Source of the DNA: Naegleria gruberi
Taxonomy: Eukaryota
Length of the DNA stretch: 64,000 bases
Assembly: GCA_000004985.1 (NCBI GenBank)
Contig: GG738856.1
Reading direction: 5' to 3' (one strand)
Shown: positions 12,633-24,314 of the stretch, piece after piece
Position numbering within the stretch: position 1 is the first letter of the stretch
Layout: each line of letters opens with the position of its first letter
Position numbers and translations under genes: made by a program
Notes under the pieces: model-generated
What the model was told of the DNA's origin: nothing
The model's input: the letters and a program-made list of their open reading frames with translations, nothing else
Databases searched by the model: none

Positions 12633-14125
12633 TTACTTTTTTTGTGTTCTAAACAACTCTCTGTACGATAAAATCTTTTTCTTTGAGAAATTTCTAATGC
12701 CAAAACTCTTCTTGATGAGTTGACGACAATCAAACATCTTTTGTGAACTATCTTTGAGAAGCATAAAAGCTGCTTGGAAGTCATTACACTTCATTAGTTC
12801 CTTTTCGAGCAGTGTAAGATAGGTCATACCAATACGATATAAAATCTTGTACTTTTCATGAATAAAGCAATCCCAAATTCTCAATGCCGTTTCTACTGGG
12901 AATGATGTCAAATAGAGGCAGAGGAACCAATTTGGAGAAACCATAATAAATAAATTAGACTCCAGTTTCACCAGATGGTTTGTTACCTTGGGTATTCTAT
13001 CTAAACAAAGATGTTGCAAAACAAATGATTCAGAATAAACACCTTCCATACTTGAATCATACAAATCTGGTGGCATGTAACGATCTATAATTCTATCAAG
13101 TGTGAAAAATGCTTGTTGCACATTCATTCCTACCACTAACATTATACCAGCCAGGAAGTTCATTGATTGACAATATCCAACCTTTGGATTATGTAATGAG
13201 TACAAATAGAGAACATTTCTCAAAGCAATTTGATTGTGTGGATCTTTAAAGAATGGATGAGTTGGGAATGTTCTATCAACATCCTTACAAATGCAAACGA
13301 AATTCTTATCCTTTTCTCTTTCATCAATAGGAATAGCGAGTGCCTTTTCTTTCAAGTTATCAAAAATATCTTTGTGTGTTAAATATTGATAGTTTGCTCC
13401 ACTAAATAATTAATATCCACTACTACTGATCATCAATAACACACTTACCTAATAATATACCACATTACTGCTCTGTATTCCATAGGAATTCCCTTTCTTA
13501 CTAATTTTTTAAAATCATTGGATTCTTCAATAAAGTGGAAAATACGTTGTTGTTCATATTCCTCTAAGGTTGTAAATCCCTTAGCTCCGATATTGTGCTT
13601 TTGAATAAATTCTTGCCATCTCTTTCTTTGACTTTCAATTTTCTTTGCATTAAAATCCTTATGTTTTTCAAATAATTCCTTCATATCTCTGACATTTCCA
13701 TCATCATCAGAGAGATCAAATCCATAATTTTCAAGATACTTTTTACTAACATCAACAGGTTTTGCTTCCATAATTTCCAAATCTAATGTTTTTGTAGCAA
13801 TACCAATTGTTCCTGAAGAATCTTTACGAACAAAATCAACCTGTTCAACATCAACTTGTATCTGAGCAACAGCAACAGCAGAAGTAACACCTACATTACC
13901 AGCAGCAACACCATCACCTACAGAAGAAGAAGAAGTCGATGGTGCATTGTTTGTTGTTTCATCCATTTTTTCAAGGCTTTTTTCGTTCTTTCCGTTGCTA
14001 CTGTTGATGTTATTAGCTGTTGATGAACTATGATTGTTATTGTCCTTGTTGGTATCATCCTCTTCATCATCATCAGAGGAGGAGGAGGACATGAGATGGA
14101 ATGGATCATCGTCCTCTTCATCCAA
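12633..14125 (-). CDS. TBC-domain Rab GTPase-activating protein. Two exons: 14125..13449 and 13401..12633.
   Basis: Arginine-finger IxxDxxR (ICKDVDRTFP) and glutamine-finger YxQ (YCQSMNF). A 47-nt intron (GTAAGT..TTATTTAG) joins ...AVMWYII|SGANYQYL in phase 2. Acidic, Ser-rich N-terminus. Confidence 0.8.
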
Positions 14126-14246
14126 TTTAAAGGTTCCATCAATGATATTTTGTTTGTACTTTTCAAAATCCTTGTCGGTGATGAGATTTTGTTTGTGATA
14201 GTTGGAGAGGAGATCTAATTGTTCCTTTTGCTCTTTGGATAGTCCT

Positions 14247-14306
14247 ATTGTTGTTATTGTTATTGTTGTTATTTGTTGATGTTATGATTGTTATTGTTGT
14301 TCATCA
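14247..14306. repeat. (TTG/TTA)n trinucleotide microsatellite in the 5' leader of the TBC gene
   Basis: Visible tandem tattgttgttattgttattgttgtt... Confidence 0.7.
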
Positions 14307-14673
14307 ATGTTGAAATGAAAAAATTGGTTAATAATTGTTGTTGATTGGTGACTTACCAAAGTGCTCTACTGGGTTGGGCTAGGTAACAATGTTAGTTGTG
14401 ATGATTTTTCTCATGTAATCACTTACCACGTCAGATGAAATCATTTTTTTCACAATAAATTTTCAATCACTTGACAGATAACGTTTGGTTGACAAATAAT
14501 ACCGCAGACAGAAGAATGAACAAAATAAAACCATGATTATTAAGAAGTACTCGACAAATAAGATATCAAACGGTTGCATCGCGATTTTTGGCTCTTGTTT
14601 AAGAAAGTCCTCGAAAAAAGTTGTCAATTACTACTAGAAACTTGTAAGTTGTAAACTCAATTATTGTTAAATT

Positions 14674-16050
14674 TTAATGGAGAATCAACATGCTGGCAAC
14701 AAATACTGCCAAAGCAATTGCTGAAATGAAATTGAAGGAGCCAGAATTTACAGAGCTTGCTGGTTGAATTGGAGTCAATTGAACTTGTTCAACATATGGA
14801 ACAATGTCAACATCCATATCTAAACCTTGGAAAGAAGAAGTGACAACATAGTTGGCATCTGCAAAGTTTTGGTTCATGCATTTGTAGTATTGAGCGAGTT
14901 GTCTTGCACATTTTCCTTTGAAAAGAGTTGATTCAGTATCAATGAAAGTTCTCTTATCATTGGTCAACTTGAATGGCCTTACAAGTCCATATTGATTCCA
15001 CAAACAAGCATCAAAATTGATTCTGAAACCTTCACAAGTAGTCTTCATGCAGGATCCTGATGAAGTGGAGGTAATATTAGATCCTGGGCATAGGCAATAG
15101 TCAACTTCAAGTGACATTTCATTAACAGTGTTATATGAAGGAACACAATCTGTAGAAACTTTACAAGATTTTGAAATCGATGCACAAACGGTATTATTAC
15201 AATAACCACTGAAGCATTCATCATTGGCAGAACATGTCTTTCCATTTAGGACGCTATTTCTTCTGACACATTGATTATTTCTGCACATCATGAGCTTAAC
15301 TCCACTTGGTCCACATTCATTATCACTGACACAATACTCACCTGCAGCTGCAAGCTTGGATTGACAAGTGGATGCTACAGCAGAGGCTGAGGTTTTTCTA
15401 CAGATGCCAACACATGTTTTGTCGCTAGTACATGTCTCACCAATATTCAATGTGGCCACACATTGGTTTGTACTACAAATCAATCCACTTCCACAGACAG
15501 ATAATTTTCCATCCTCAATCATTGAACAATTTGCACCAACAGCAGTCTTGGTGTTTGTGGCCATACAAACAGAATTGTAACAGGTTGAATCAGCTACACA
15601 AGTTGAAATTGTGTAATTGTTAGTTTGCTTAAAGCATACTCCACCAACTGGGAGAGTTTGTTCAACAGTCATAACTCTACACTTTCCAGCATAACAAACT
15701 GAAGGCATGGATCCAGTTAAAACACACTCCGAGTCAGAAATACAATTATCGCCTGTATATCTAGCTTCGGATACACAAATTCCATTTCTACAAGCCATTA
15801 CACTCAAGATGCAGTCAGAGCTCTTAGAACATTGTGTTCCTCTCTTTTGTGTAAAGATATCCGAAATTTTCTTACAAGAGTTGGAATTGAAAACACTTCC
15901 TATTAAACACTTATTACCAGTCTTTCCGTAGAGTGCAATATTATCATCAGAGGCAAAGAATGAGGTACAGCTTTGAGCATTAAGGAAACCCACAAGAGCC
16001 AATGAGCAAATCAACAATAATAAGGTGGCACCAGAAGAGATGTTTTGCAT
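14674..16050 (-). CDS. Secreted cysteine-rich repeat protein with a C-terminal hydrophobic (GPI-anchor-like) tail
   Basis: Signal peptide (MQNISSGATLLLLICSLALVGFLNAQ). At least 8 repeats of a C-x-S-D-x-x-C...C...C module. Ends in a hydrophobic stretch (ISAIALAVFVASMLILH). Confidence 0.6.
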   Translation of the reverse strand: MQNISSGATLLLLICSLALVGFLNAQSCTSFFASDDNIALYGKTGNKCLIGSVFNSNSCKKISDIFTQKRGTQCSKSSDCILSVMACRNGICVSEARYTGDNCISDSECVLTGSMPSVCYAGKCRVMTVEQTLPVGGVCFKQTNNYTISTCVADSTCYNSVCMATNTKTAVGANCSMIEDGKLSVCGSGLICSTNQCVATLNIGETCTSDKTCVGICRKTSASAVASTCQSKLAAAGEYCVSDNECGPSGVKLMMCRNNQCVRRNSVLNGKTCSANDECFSGYCNNTVCASISKSCKVSTDCVPSYNTVNEMSLEVDYCLCPGSNITSTSSGSCMKTTCEGFRINFDACLWNQYGLVRPFKLTNDKRTFIDTESTLFKGKCARQLAQYYKCMNQNFADANYVVTSSFQGLDMDVDIVPYVEQVQLTPIQPASSVNSGSFNFISAIALAVFVASMLILH

Positions 16051-16310
16051 TTTTTATAAACAGAAAGCACATCCATGTTGAGTTTTGCTTGTCTATTAAG
16101 GATGAATCCTTTTAGCACACACTTTTGGATACACCTATATTAGTTGACCAAATGTAACTATTGAAGGGAGTGAAAGATAGTTTATCAAATCTCCAATAAT
16201 AAACCTCGTATGTTTGGTTGATGAACTTTTATCAGCCATTTATTGGTTCATAGAACAGTAAACAATTTCTTTCAATTCAATCAAAACACTTTTTAAAAAA
16301 AACATACAAG

Positions 16311-17468
16311 ATGCCAAGAGAAGTTTATGAAGGAGAAGGTGGTGCCTCATTCGGTGGAGATGAAGCTGATACAGGAGATTTTGATAAGGGAAGATGGCTG
16401 GATAGTGTATTATTTGATATGAACATTGATCCAATGATTGAATTGGGAGAGAGTGAACATCCGAATACAAGCTTATTTGATGATCATTCTGATATTTTGG
16501 AAAAGATCAAGGATCAAAACGCCTTTAGAGTTGCTCCATACTCTGGAACACCAATGCCAAAGGTTAATCCTGAGAGTGGTGTGTTACTCTCTGGAAAATA
16601 TGCTGAAGAAGACTTGAAGGTTTCCTTCAATCCAAGTTTGTTTGATATTTGCAAATTTACATTCTTCCTTAGAGTATTTGTTGATGCTGAATCAGAAAAC
16701 GTTGTAACCTTTGGAGAATCATACAGATGGTTGGGTTTATTCAAGAATAGACTTACTTTCAATAATCAAGATCAAGCTGTGCAAATCAATGCCATTATGG
16801 ATAATGCATGGAATGAAGTCATGTTGAGCTTTTCTTATGATCAGGATTCAAACTCGGGAAATTGTTTATTGATTGTAAATGGAAAGGAATATGATGCTCC
16901 TTTGAAAGAACCTCTTAGTATTCTCAGTGCAGGAGAAAGAACAATTAGCTTTGATAGTGGATTCTCCTTTGTAAATTATTCAAATGCAAGATGTTTTAAG
17001 GGAATTGTTGGAAGTGCAATCATGCTCAACCAACCATGTACAAGCTTCTCAGAATTGAAGCAAGTTGGTGACTTCTTGCTCGCCAATCACAAGAAGCCAG
17101 TAGATTCTTATGCATCAGCAAAGGATGTCAAGATTGATGTTGCAGAACCTGTTCACATTGAATCTGAAGACGAGTATAATAAGATTGTGAAAAAGAATAG
17201 ATTGCTTGTTCTTGACTTTTTTGCTACATGGTGTTGCCCTTGTACATCAATTGCTCCTAAATTTACTCAATTGGCAAACAAGTATAAGGATGCTGTTTTT
17301 GTAAAAGTTGATGTTGACCAACAACCTTCAATCATGTCAAGATATGAAGTGAACTGTATGCCAACATTCGTCTTTATTAAAGATGGAGCAGTAATAGATA
17401 GATTGGAAGGTGCTGACTCCAAGACTCTTGAATCCAAAGTTAAATCATTGGTAGAGCTTTTACAATAA
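16311..17468 (+). CDS. Thioredoxin-domain protein with a variant WCCPC active site and a ~280-aa N-terminal domain of unknown function
   Basis: The C-terminal ~100 aa has the thioredoxin fold signature (LVLDFFATWCCPCTSIAP...VFVKVDVD...MPTFVFIKDG). Confidence 0.7.
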   Translation: MPREVYEGEGGASFGGDEADTGDFDKGRWLDSVLFDMNIDPMIELGESEHPNTSLFDDHSDILEKIKDQNAFRVAPYSGTPMPKVNPESGVLLSGKYAEEDLKVSFNPSLFDICKFTFFLRVFVDAESENVVTFGESYRWLGLFKNRLTFNNQDQAVQINAIMDNAWNEVMLSFSYDQDSNSGNCLLIVNGKEYDAPLKEPLSILSAGERTISFDSGFSFVNYSNARCFKGIVGSAIMLNQPCTSFSELKQVGDFLLANHKKPVDSYASAKDVKIDVAEPVHIESEDEYNKIVKKNRLLVLDFFATWCCPCTSIAPKFTQLANKYKDAVFVKVDVDQQPSIMSRYEVNCMPTFVFIKDGAVIDRLEGADSKTLESKVKSLVELLQ

Positions 17469-17613
17469 ATTAATAACTACTAAATAATTCAACTTCTTTT
17501 ACTATTATGCTTTCTTTAAAAGAAAGTTTTCAAATCGTTTCGATCTTATCAGAAAGAATTTGTCTTTGTCATTTAATTACAAATTTAAGTGTTTATTCAC
17601 TTAAGAATAAACA

Positions 17614-19911
17614 TTAATTTAATTGGAAACTTCTGCTCAATATTTCTTCTTCTCGCAAGTGTTGTTTGAATTCCGCCAGCTTGTTTCTCAAACTTTTGAT
17701 GGCTTGAATCTTTCTAACCAAAATACAATCTAAGCTTGTTACATATTTGTCTATTGTTGATTGAGGTTGATCAACATCGTTCAGTAATTCCATTTCTTGT
17801 TTCATTAATTCCATAATGTCATCAATATGTTCTCTGTGTTGGGCAATAACCTCTTCTTCCTCGTCTAAAATCTTACTGATTAGTTCTTCGTGAGCTCTCT
17901 CAAGTTCTGCCTCTCCTACATCTTGGAAGTGAGGAGGTAAAACAACTTCATTATTTTCTTGCATAATATCGGCATCATCAAAATCTTCATCATCTAAATC
18001 TTCGTCCACAATGTTATCAGAAGTCTCATAGTCTTGTTTATCATAATCCTTAATATCATATTCTTGCTTATCATAGTCATCCATTTGCATATCATCATCT
18101 TCAACTTGATAATTATCAACTTGATAGTTATTATTCACTCTCATTTGGTTATTGATATTTTGATTAATGTTCATATTTTCGAACACTGGTTGTTGGGGTT
18201 GAGGAGTAGGAGTGAGATCTTGCCTTGGTTTAGCGGCAGCTTTACCATTTCCACTTCTGAGTTCTTTAACTCTGTCAGCATATCTCAATGTATTCAAACT
18301 GTGTTCGCACGAATTAGAAGATGGTGAGGCATTAGCAATCATTACAGTCTTGGAGTTTCCTATAAAAGAATCTTTCAATACTTCTGTCAGTTTGCTTCCT
18401 CTGAATGGAACGTGACTCTTACCACGATCCAAAGATCTAATACATTCCTTAAGTGCCAACAAACTCTTATTGATATCAGCACCTTCCAACCTTGTTTGCT
18501 TGTCACTGTTCTTTGTATCAGCACCTCGTTCAGAACCAGCAAGATCTATGAATGAGAATTTACCATATGGCTTATCATTGTACTTTAAAACAATTTGTAA
18601 TATAGCATGGGAACGTGAGGAGTCAGAGTTAGCACCAGTTGAACCAGTAGCTCTGATGGAAAGACCTGTATCTATCATACCCATCAAATCTTCTACACTA
18701 TTTACACTATTTTCTGTCAATCCGCAAATACTGACCATATTCTTAGCATCTTCACGAGCAAATACCTTCTTTCTATTATTCAACAAATCAAATAATTTAC
18801 CACCATAAATTTCATAAAAACTGATCCAAACACTCAATTCTGACGAGAGTCTTTGAAAAATGTCACTAGCAGCAAGTAAATATAAACCCTTTTGTCCATT
18901 TTTACCCATCATGGTAAATGTTTTACCACTTCCTGTTTGTCCATAAGCGAAACAAGTGGCTTTACCCTTATTGAAAATGTGATCAACAAGTGGTCTAGCA
19001 GTCTTATTATAAATTTCAACGTTATCACAATATTCATCAAATATTTCATCAAAACAGAATTGATGTTTTTCTACAAATTTTGTAAGATCGACTTTTTGTT
19101 TAGGTTCGTGTATAATTAACTCGTTATCATTTACAACTTCCAAAATATCAGTTTCACCTCTATTCTTTTCGTTATCATTAAGAGGTCTTTTACGAACAGC
19201 AACTACAATATTTGATCTTTGTCTTTTGCCAGCTGCTGGTGGTTGAGCTTGTTGCTTATTAATGATATTATTATTATTGATAATGTTATTGTTGTTGCTA
19301 ACAACATTAACCATTGGTTTACGAGGTTGTTCTTGTACAACAGGAGTTGATTTCACTGGATTCCTTACTACTTTTGGTTGAGCATTATTTTGTTGCATAA
19401 TTTGTTGGAGTGATTGTACTTTTGGAGCTTGGAATTGAGGTTGAGAAGATGCTGGTCTCTTATTGACCACATTATTATTGTTAACTTGATGGACTTCAAA
19501 GGCATCGAAATTGGTATCGTTATTGTTACCCATATTATTCACGGCAGCATCCCAATCATAGAGTGATTCTTCGGCATTGCCATAATTTTCTTTCTCATCA
19601 TCAACAAATGCCTGTGCTTTAGGATTCAAATCTAAAGCAGGACATCTATTGAGTGCCATTTGTTCATTCTCAAAATTTCCACCTGATGATGAAGATGATA
19701 TATTTTTCTTGGCCACTTGTATTAGTTCAAAGAATTTTCTTCTATCTCCTCCGTTGGATACACCAATTTTATTGGCGACATCTTGTACTGATAGCTGTGC
19801 AATAGCTTCAATACTGGTTACTCCGTTTAATTTTAATTGAGAGTAGTAATGATCGAGTGAAGCCTTCTCGAGATATTTAAACAATACAGAAGAGGCGCTC
19901 TCTGAAGGCAT
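17614..19911 (-). CDS. Kinesin-13 family motor with an N-terminal SAM domain (KIF24-like)
   Basis: P-loop [11 protein letters not shown], switch motifs SSRSH and DLAGSE. Kinesin-13 neck/loop-2 signature [23 protein letters not shown]-like N-terminus ([20 protein letters not shown]...RRKFFELIQ). Poly-N linker. Confidence 0.85.
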   Translation of the reverse strand: MPSESASSVLFKYLEKASLDHYYSQLKLNGVTSIEAIAQLSVQDVANKIGVSNGGDRRKFFELIQVAKKNISSSSSGGNFENEQMALNRCPALDLNPKAQAFVDDEKENYGNAEESLYDWDAAVNNMGNNNDTNFDAFEVHQVNNNNVVNKRPASSQPQFQAPKVQSLQQIMQQNNAQPKVVRNPVKSTPVVQEQPRKPMVNVVSNNNNIINNNNIINKQQAQPPAAGKRQRSNIVVAVRKRPLNDNEKNRGETDILEVVNDNELIIHEPKQKVDLTKFVEKHQFCFDEIFDEYCDNVEIYNKTARPLVDHIFNKGKATCFAYGQTGSGKTFTMMGKNGQKGLYLLAASDIFQRLSSELSVWISFYEIYGGKLFDLLNNRKKVFAREDAKNMVSICGLTENSVNSVEDLMGMIDTGLSIRATGSTGANSDSSRSHAILQIVLKYNDKPYGKFSFIDLAGSERGADTKNSDKQTRLEGADINKSLLALKECIRSLDRGKSHVPFRGSKLTEVLKDSFIGNSKTVMIANASPSSNSCEHSLNTLRYADRVKELRSGNGKAAAKPRQDLTPTPQPQQPVFENMNINQNINNQMRVNNNYQVDNYQVEDDDMQMDDYDKQEYDIKDYDKQDYETSDNIVDEDLDDEDFDDADIMQENNEVVLPPHFQDVGEAELERAHEELISKILDEEEEVIAQHREHIDDIMELMKQEMELLNDVDQPQSTIDKYVTSLDCILVRKIQAIKSLRNKLAEFKQHLREEEILSRSFQLN

Positions 19912-20141
19912 AATGATGTTACTTCAATTTTTTTTTAATATTTAGAATTTGGAGGTTTAAATTTTGGCGCCAACTTGTTTTGTAACGTTGTATTGAATTG
20001 CCCCGCCTAAAATAATTCATTGAGCATCGAAATAGATTCTTCATTATCTGTATTATCTCAGTAGGCCAATTCATGAAATTGGAAGAATTTTTCAATGTGG
20101 TTTTATTTACAGGTGTCCTAGAGGTGTGTTATTCGTTTGAT

Positions 20142-21294
20142 TTACTTTTGCAATTTGCTCAATGCAACACCTACTGTGAAACCACTGGCAAGCATTGATG
20201 CTACACCAATCATTCCACCAAAACTCAAATTAGCCATTTGGGATAAACCTTGTCCAGAAGTGCAACCATGTCCAGCTCTTGCACCAAAGAGTAATAAGAA
20301 ACCAGATGCTATAGCCCAGCACTTTTCCTTATTACTGAGCTTCTTTGGTTCAGCACGAGTACCAGCAAGATAGGAGGAAAAATAACTTCCTCCAACAATG
20401 CTCAAATCAGAAATCAATTGCCACAAATATTTAGCACTCTTTGAGATTGTGAATCTTTCAAAGTACTCTTGCTCAACTGGCAAGTATCTAGTAATAAATG
20501 TTACTGCAGTAACAAATGCGGACGAAGTTCCCAACGTAGTTTTACAAATTAGATTAACTGGTACTTGGAGAGCTCCCAAAGCAAGACCAGAATAAATTGG
20601 GTGCCATTGTCTTCTCTTGAGGAGACACTTTTCAGTACTGATGAGATCAGTCTCTGGAGTTGGAAAGAGCTTTTCCAAAGTACAAGCAATACCAACAAGC
20701 ATTGTACCTACTGGCAATGCAATGCTCCACATTGGTTTACCAAGAAGTCCATGAAGAGTATTGAATGATCCTGGAACTTCTGTGGATTCCAATAAACTGT
20801 TAACAGTAGGATTATTGATCACAATTCCATAGACAGTAGCTCCAATAATACCACCCAACAAAGTATATAAAGAAGATGGTACACCTTCACCAGCTTGGGC
20901 CAAAACTATTAATTTCCAAATCAAAATCAGCATTCCAAAAAAAGAGAACTGTTAAATCACATACTCACAAAAAATAGTAATACTAACCTGTACCAGGACA
21001 TGCACCTCCTAGAGCCATTCCAACACCCATAATAGCACCTCCAGAGATTGTACTTCTGAGATTAATATTAATTGGGGAGAGTGTTGCAACACCCATCAAA
21101 TCCAACAAACCCAAAGAAATTGTACTTGCTCCCGAAGCAGACAAGAAGGTCTTCATCATGGACCAACTTTTTAGAGCCATTTGGTTCTTAATATTTTCAG
21201 GAGAGGACATTCTACTCTTTTGCAAAATTATACCAAAAGCAAGACCTTCTGGAATACCAACACTGATGGCAGCAGTACAACTTGGACTAGACAT
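20142..21294 (-). CDS. Polytopic membrane protein with two homologous halves, tentatively YeeE/YedE (sulfur-transport) family. Two exons: 21294..20988 and 20905..20142.
   Basis: Each half ends in a G-x-C-[PT]-[GS]-G loop (GGACPGTG, GHGCTSGQG) followed by hydrophobic helices. An 82-nt intron (GTTAGT..AATTAATAG) restores the frame, giving ...GACPGT|VLAQAGEG. Confidence 0.45.
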
Positions 21295-21757
21295 TTTTTA
21301 TCTTTTTGCTTAAAATTGTTTTTGTGTGGTTGTTTGAGCATTTATCTGAAAAAGAGACTGTCAAGTTTTCTTTGGTCCGTTTTAAATGTTCGTCGCAAAC
21401 ATGATGTTGATAATGACCATGATTGGCCATGTCCATAGCGGCGAATTAAGGAACACTCGAGAGGACTAGGATTGAAAACACAGTGTAGTAGGTACAACAT
21501 TAGAGGTGAAGTTTAGAGATGTATCTTTTGTTGTATCGATTAAGATTTAAGTTCATTCTCGTTATTAGTTACTAACATACAAGTTAATAAGAAAACAATG
21601 TGAATACACCTTCGGAAGTATCATCACTACAAAATATTTGATTGGATGACAAATGTTGTAGAGAAATGGATGATGCAATCCATACAAGTTGAAAAGAACA
21701 AGTAAATTCAACGGTTTCCTATTTTTTTATTATTTAAATATTTATTATTTAAAAAAA

Positions 21758-24280
21758 ATGAATCAATCGCCTAATCATCTTCTTCAACACTTTAACGATT
21801 TGGATGCCGAATTTCATCAGGCGGATAAAGATAGGGACAATATTTTGATTCCACCTGAAGCTAAGGTTTATTTTGACCAATTTGCTCTTCCTCTTCCTGT
21901 GATGAAATTTATTTGGGGATCTTCAAAAACAACTCCAGCACCTGGCTTGACTCTTGATGAATTTAAACATGCCATGCAAATGATCCGTCAAGAACTTATG
22001 AATCCTGGAAGTCTTCCTATTAATCAAGGTGGACCAAATTTCCAACCACCACAACAACAAGGTTTTGATTACAGTATCAGATCAGAAGATCGCGATACTT
22101 ATGAAACCAATTTTTCCAATTTGGCTAGAGGAAAATATACAATTTCTTATGATGAATGTATGAATTTCTTCTCCAAAGCAGGTCTTCCTAATGATATTGT
22201 AAATACAATTTTCCAATTGGCTGATTTTGAAAAGAACAGAGTTTTGGACAAGGAAGAATTTGTGATTGCTATGCACTTGTTGAGATTAAAGAGAAAGATG
22301 CCAAATATGCCAATTCCTAACCAATTACCACCTGTTTTAATTCCTCCATCTAAAGCTAATGTTACACCAACAAGTTTGTCTGCTAGTCCAAGTTTGAGAC
22401 CAAGAAGTGAATCAACAACTAGCATGGATAGTATTAATGCCCCACCAACACTTGTTTCTTCATCAGGAACTCTTGGATTTAACAACATGTCTGGTGGTTT
22501 AACTCCTTTGAATAATTTTGGAAATAATATGATGATGGGAGGTCCACCACCTTTGAATAATTTTGGAGGTCCAAACATGATGGGAGGAGGTTCAAATCAA
22601 ATCAATGTTGGTCCTGTTAGAGATATGGAAAATCAAATTAACAGAGTTCTCGATGAAACCAGAATGTTAAATCAACAATCCTTCCCACTCAGACAATCTG
22701 TTGAACAAAATGATCTCAGATTAAACGGTCTCCGAGAAAGAAAGGCTGATTTGGAAAATGATTTAAACCAAGTTCGTCAAGAATTTGAAAGTTTAAAGAT
22801 GCAAAATCAAGCTAAGGTTGAAGAAATCAATTCTCTTGAAGCTCAATGCTATACTTTCGAACAAGAAAGAATGGAATTCCAAAACCAAATTCAAAGAGTT
22901 AGACAAGAATCCATGCGTCTCGAACAACTCTTTGAAAGAGCTCAACTCTCTTTCCAAAGTGCAAGTGGTGTTGTTGATGCATTGAAAAGTGAATTGGAAC
23001 AAGGTGTTAACGAACTCATTCACCATAAAGATGAATTATTCAGGTTGAAGAACTCAACAGACCAAGGAGATGAACAAACACACATGATTGAACAAGAAAT
23101 TAATAATGCCAAGAACGAATTAATGATGGTTAAACAACAATTGATGGAAGCTAGACAAGCCAACGAAGAATTACAATTGAAGATCCGTGGTTTGCAAGTT
23201 CAAAAGCAAGATGTTGAACAAACAACTTTCCAAACCAAAACCGAATTGAGCAATCTCGTTTCCCAAAATGATGATCTTAAGAATCAATTGATTAGAGTTC
23301 AAACCGAATTTGAAAGCCAAAAGCAAAAAGGTGTTCCAAGCGCTAAGCTTGTCAAGCTCGCATCTTTTGTTAAACAAATCCAAGAATATATTCAAAGCTT
23401 TGATTCTGCTCTCCAAGAAGAATTCCCAAATGATACACCTTTGCAACTCAAGCAAGTCTCACCTATCAGCACAACAGTACCTATTACAAAGGCCAGTTCT
23501 GGATTTGGAGGTTTTGATAACGACGACTTTGGTTTTGATAACAAAAATGGTAATAAGGGAGGCTTTGGCAATGACGATTTCGGTTTCAATGTTCCACCTC
23601 CAGTTGTCACTGCAAACACTACCAAGGTTCCAACACCATCTTCTAAACCAGTAACTCCAAGCACTGGATTTGTTAATACTGTTCCAACTGTCAAAGCCCA
23701 AAGTCCAAGCTTTGAGCAACCAAAGACCAATACTGGATTTGGAGGTTTTGATAACGACGATTTTGGATTTGACAACAAGTCAGGAAATACTGGGTTTGAT
23801 GCTGATTTCAGTTTTGGTAACGACTTTGGCAAACCTGCTACTACTTCCCAACCACCAAAGGCAAGTTCAGGATTCGTTAATGACGATTTCGGATTTGATG
23901 CCAAGCCAGCCACATCTCAACCACCAAAAGCCAACCCTGGATTTGGAGGTTTTGAAAATGATGACTTTGGTTTCGATAGCAATAATGGTAATAAGGGTAG
24001 TTTTGATACAGATTTCGGATTTGAAGCTGATTTCAACAAGCCAGCCACAACTCAACCAGCCACCACTAAGCCAGCTGCTACTCAACCAGCTCAAGCAACT
24101 GGTTTTGATGATTTTGGTTTTGATAACAATACTAACACAACATCTGGTGGGTTTGATGATTTTGGATTTGACAACAATGCTACTAAATCCACTTCTGATC
24201 CTTGGTCTGATTTCTCAGCATCAAACTCTACAATCACAAAGGAAGCTGCTCAAGATGATTGGGCTTCTAGTGGTTGGTAA
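21758..24280 (+). CDS. Eps15/Ede1-like endocytic scaffold: EH domains, coiled coil and a C-terminal D[DN]DFGFD repeat array
   Basis: EH domain with EF-hand (KYTISYDECMNFFSKAGLPNDIVNTIFQLADFEKNRVLDKEEFVIAMHLL). Long heptad coiled coil (residues ~330-560). At least 10 tandem GFGGFDNDDFGFD units. Confidence 0.7.
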   Translation: MNQSPNHLLQHFNDLDAEFHQADKDRDNILIPPEAKVYFDQFALPLPVMKFIWGSSKTTPAPGLTLDEFKHAMQMIRQELMNPGSLPINQGGPNFQPPQQQGFDYSIRSEDRDTYETNFSNLARGKYTISYDECMNFFSKAGLPNDIVNTIFQLADFEKNRVLDKEEFVIAMHLLRLKRKMPNMPIPNQLPPVLIPPSKANVTPTSLSASPSLRPRSESTTSMDSINAPPTLVSSSGTLGFNNMSGGLTPLNNFGNNMMMGGPPPLNNFGGPNMMGGGSNQINVGPVRDMENQINRVLDETRMLNQQSFPLRQSVEQNDLRLNGLRERKADLENDLNQVRQEFESLKMQNQAKVEEINSLEAQCYTFEQERMEFQNQIQRVRQESMRLEQLFERAQLSFQSASGVVDALKSELEQGVNELIHHKDELFRLKNSTDQGDEQTHMIEQEINNAKNELMMVKQQLMEARQANEELQLKIRGLQVQKQDVEQTTFQTKTELSNLVSQNDDLKNQLIRVQTEFESQKQKGVPSAKLVKLASFVKQIQEYIQSFDSALQEEFPNDTPLQLKQVSPISTTVPITKASSGFGGFDNDDFGFDNKNGNKGGFGNDDFGFNVPPPVVTANTTKVPTPSSKPVTPSTGFVNTVPTVKAQSPSFEQPKTNTGFGGFDNDDFGFDNKSGNTGFDADFSFGNDFGKPATTSQPPKASSGFVNDDFGFDAKPATSQPPKANPGFGGFENDDFGFDSNNGNKGSFDTDFGFEADFNKPATTQPATTKPAATQPAQATGFDDFGFDNNTNTTSGGFDDFGFDNNATKSTSDPWSDFSASNSTITKEAAQDDWASSGW
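23470..24200 (+). repeat. Tandem in-frame coding repeats (G[FG]GGFDNDDFGFD…) inside the EH-domain gene
   Basis: Repeated ggatttggaggttttgataacgacgactttggttttgat units at irregular spacing. Confidence 0.7.
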
Positions 24281-24314
24281 TTTTCCTAATTTATTGTAAT
24301 TAAAACATGTAATC

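Noticed and set aside
18034-19119. Plus-strand ORFs inside the kinesin-13 gene (18034..18327 poly-Ile, 18470..18808, 18892..19119)
   Set aside because: They are antisense to the poly-Asn/AT-rich codons and the motor domain. Composition artefacts.
20142-21294. Possibility that the YeeE/YedE-like gene is bacterial contamination
   Set aside because: It contains a GT–AG intron required to keep the frame, has the same AT-rich codon usage as its neighbours, and is embedded between eukaryotic genes on one contig.
22147-23913. Antisense ORFs 22147..22578, 23171..23455 and 23392..23913 inside the EH-domain gene
   Set aside because: They mirror Gly/Pro/Phe-rich repeats of the sense strand. No independent signals.
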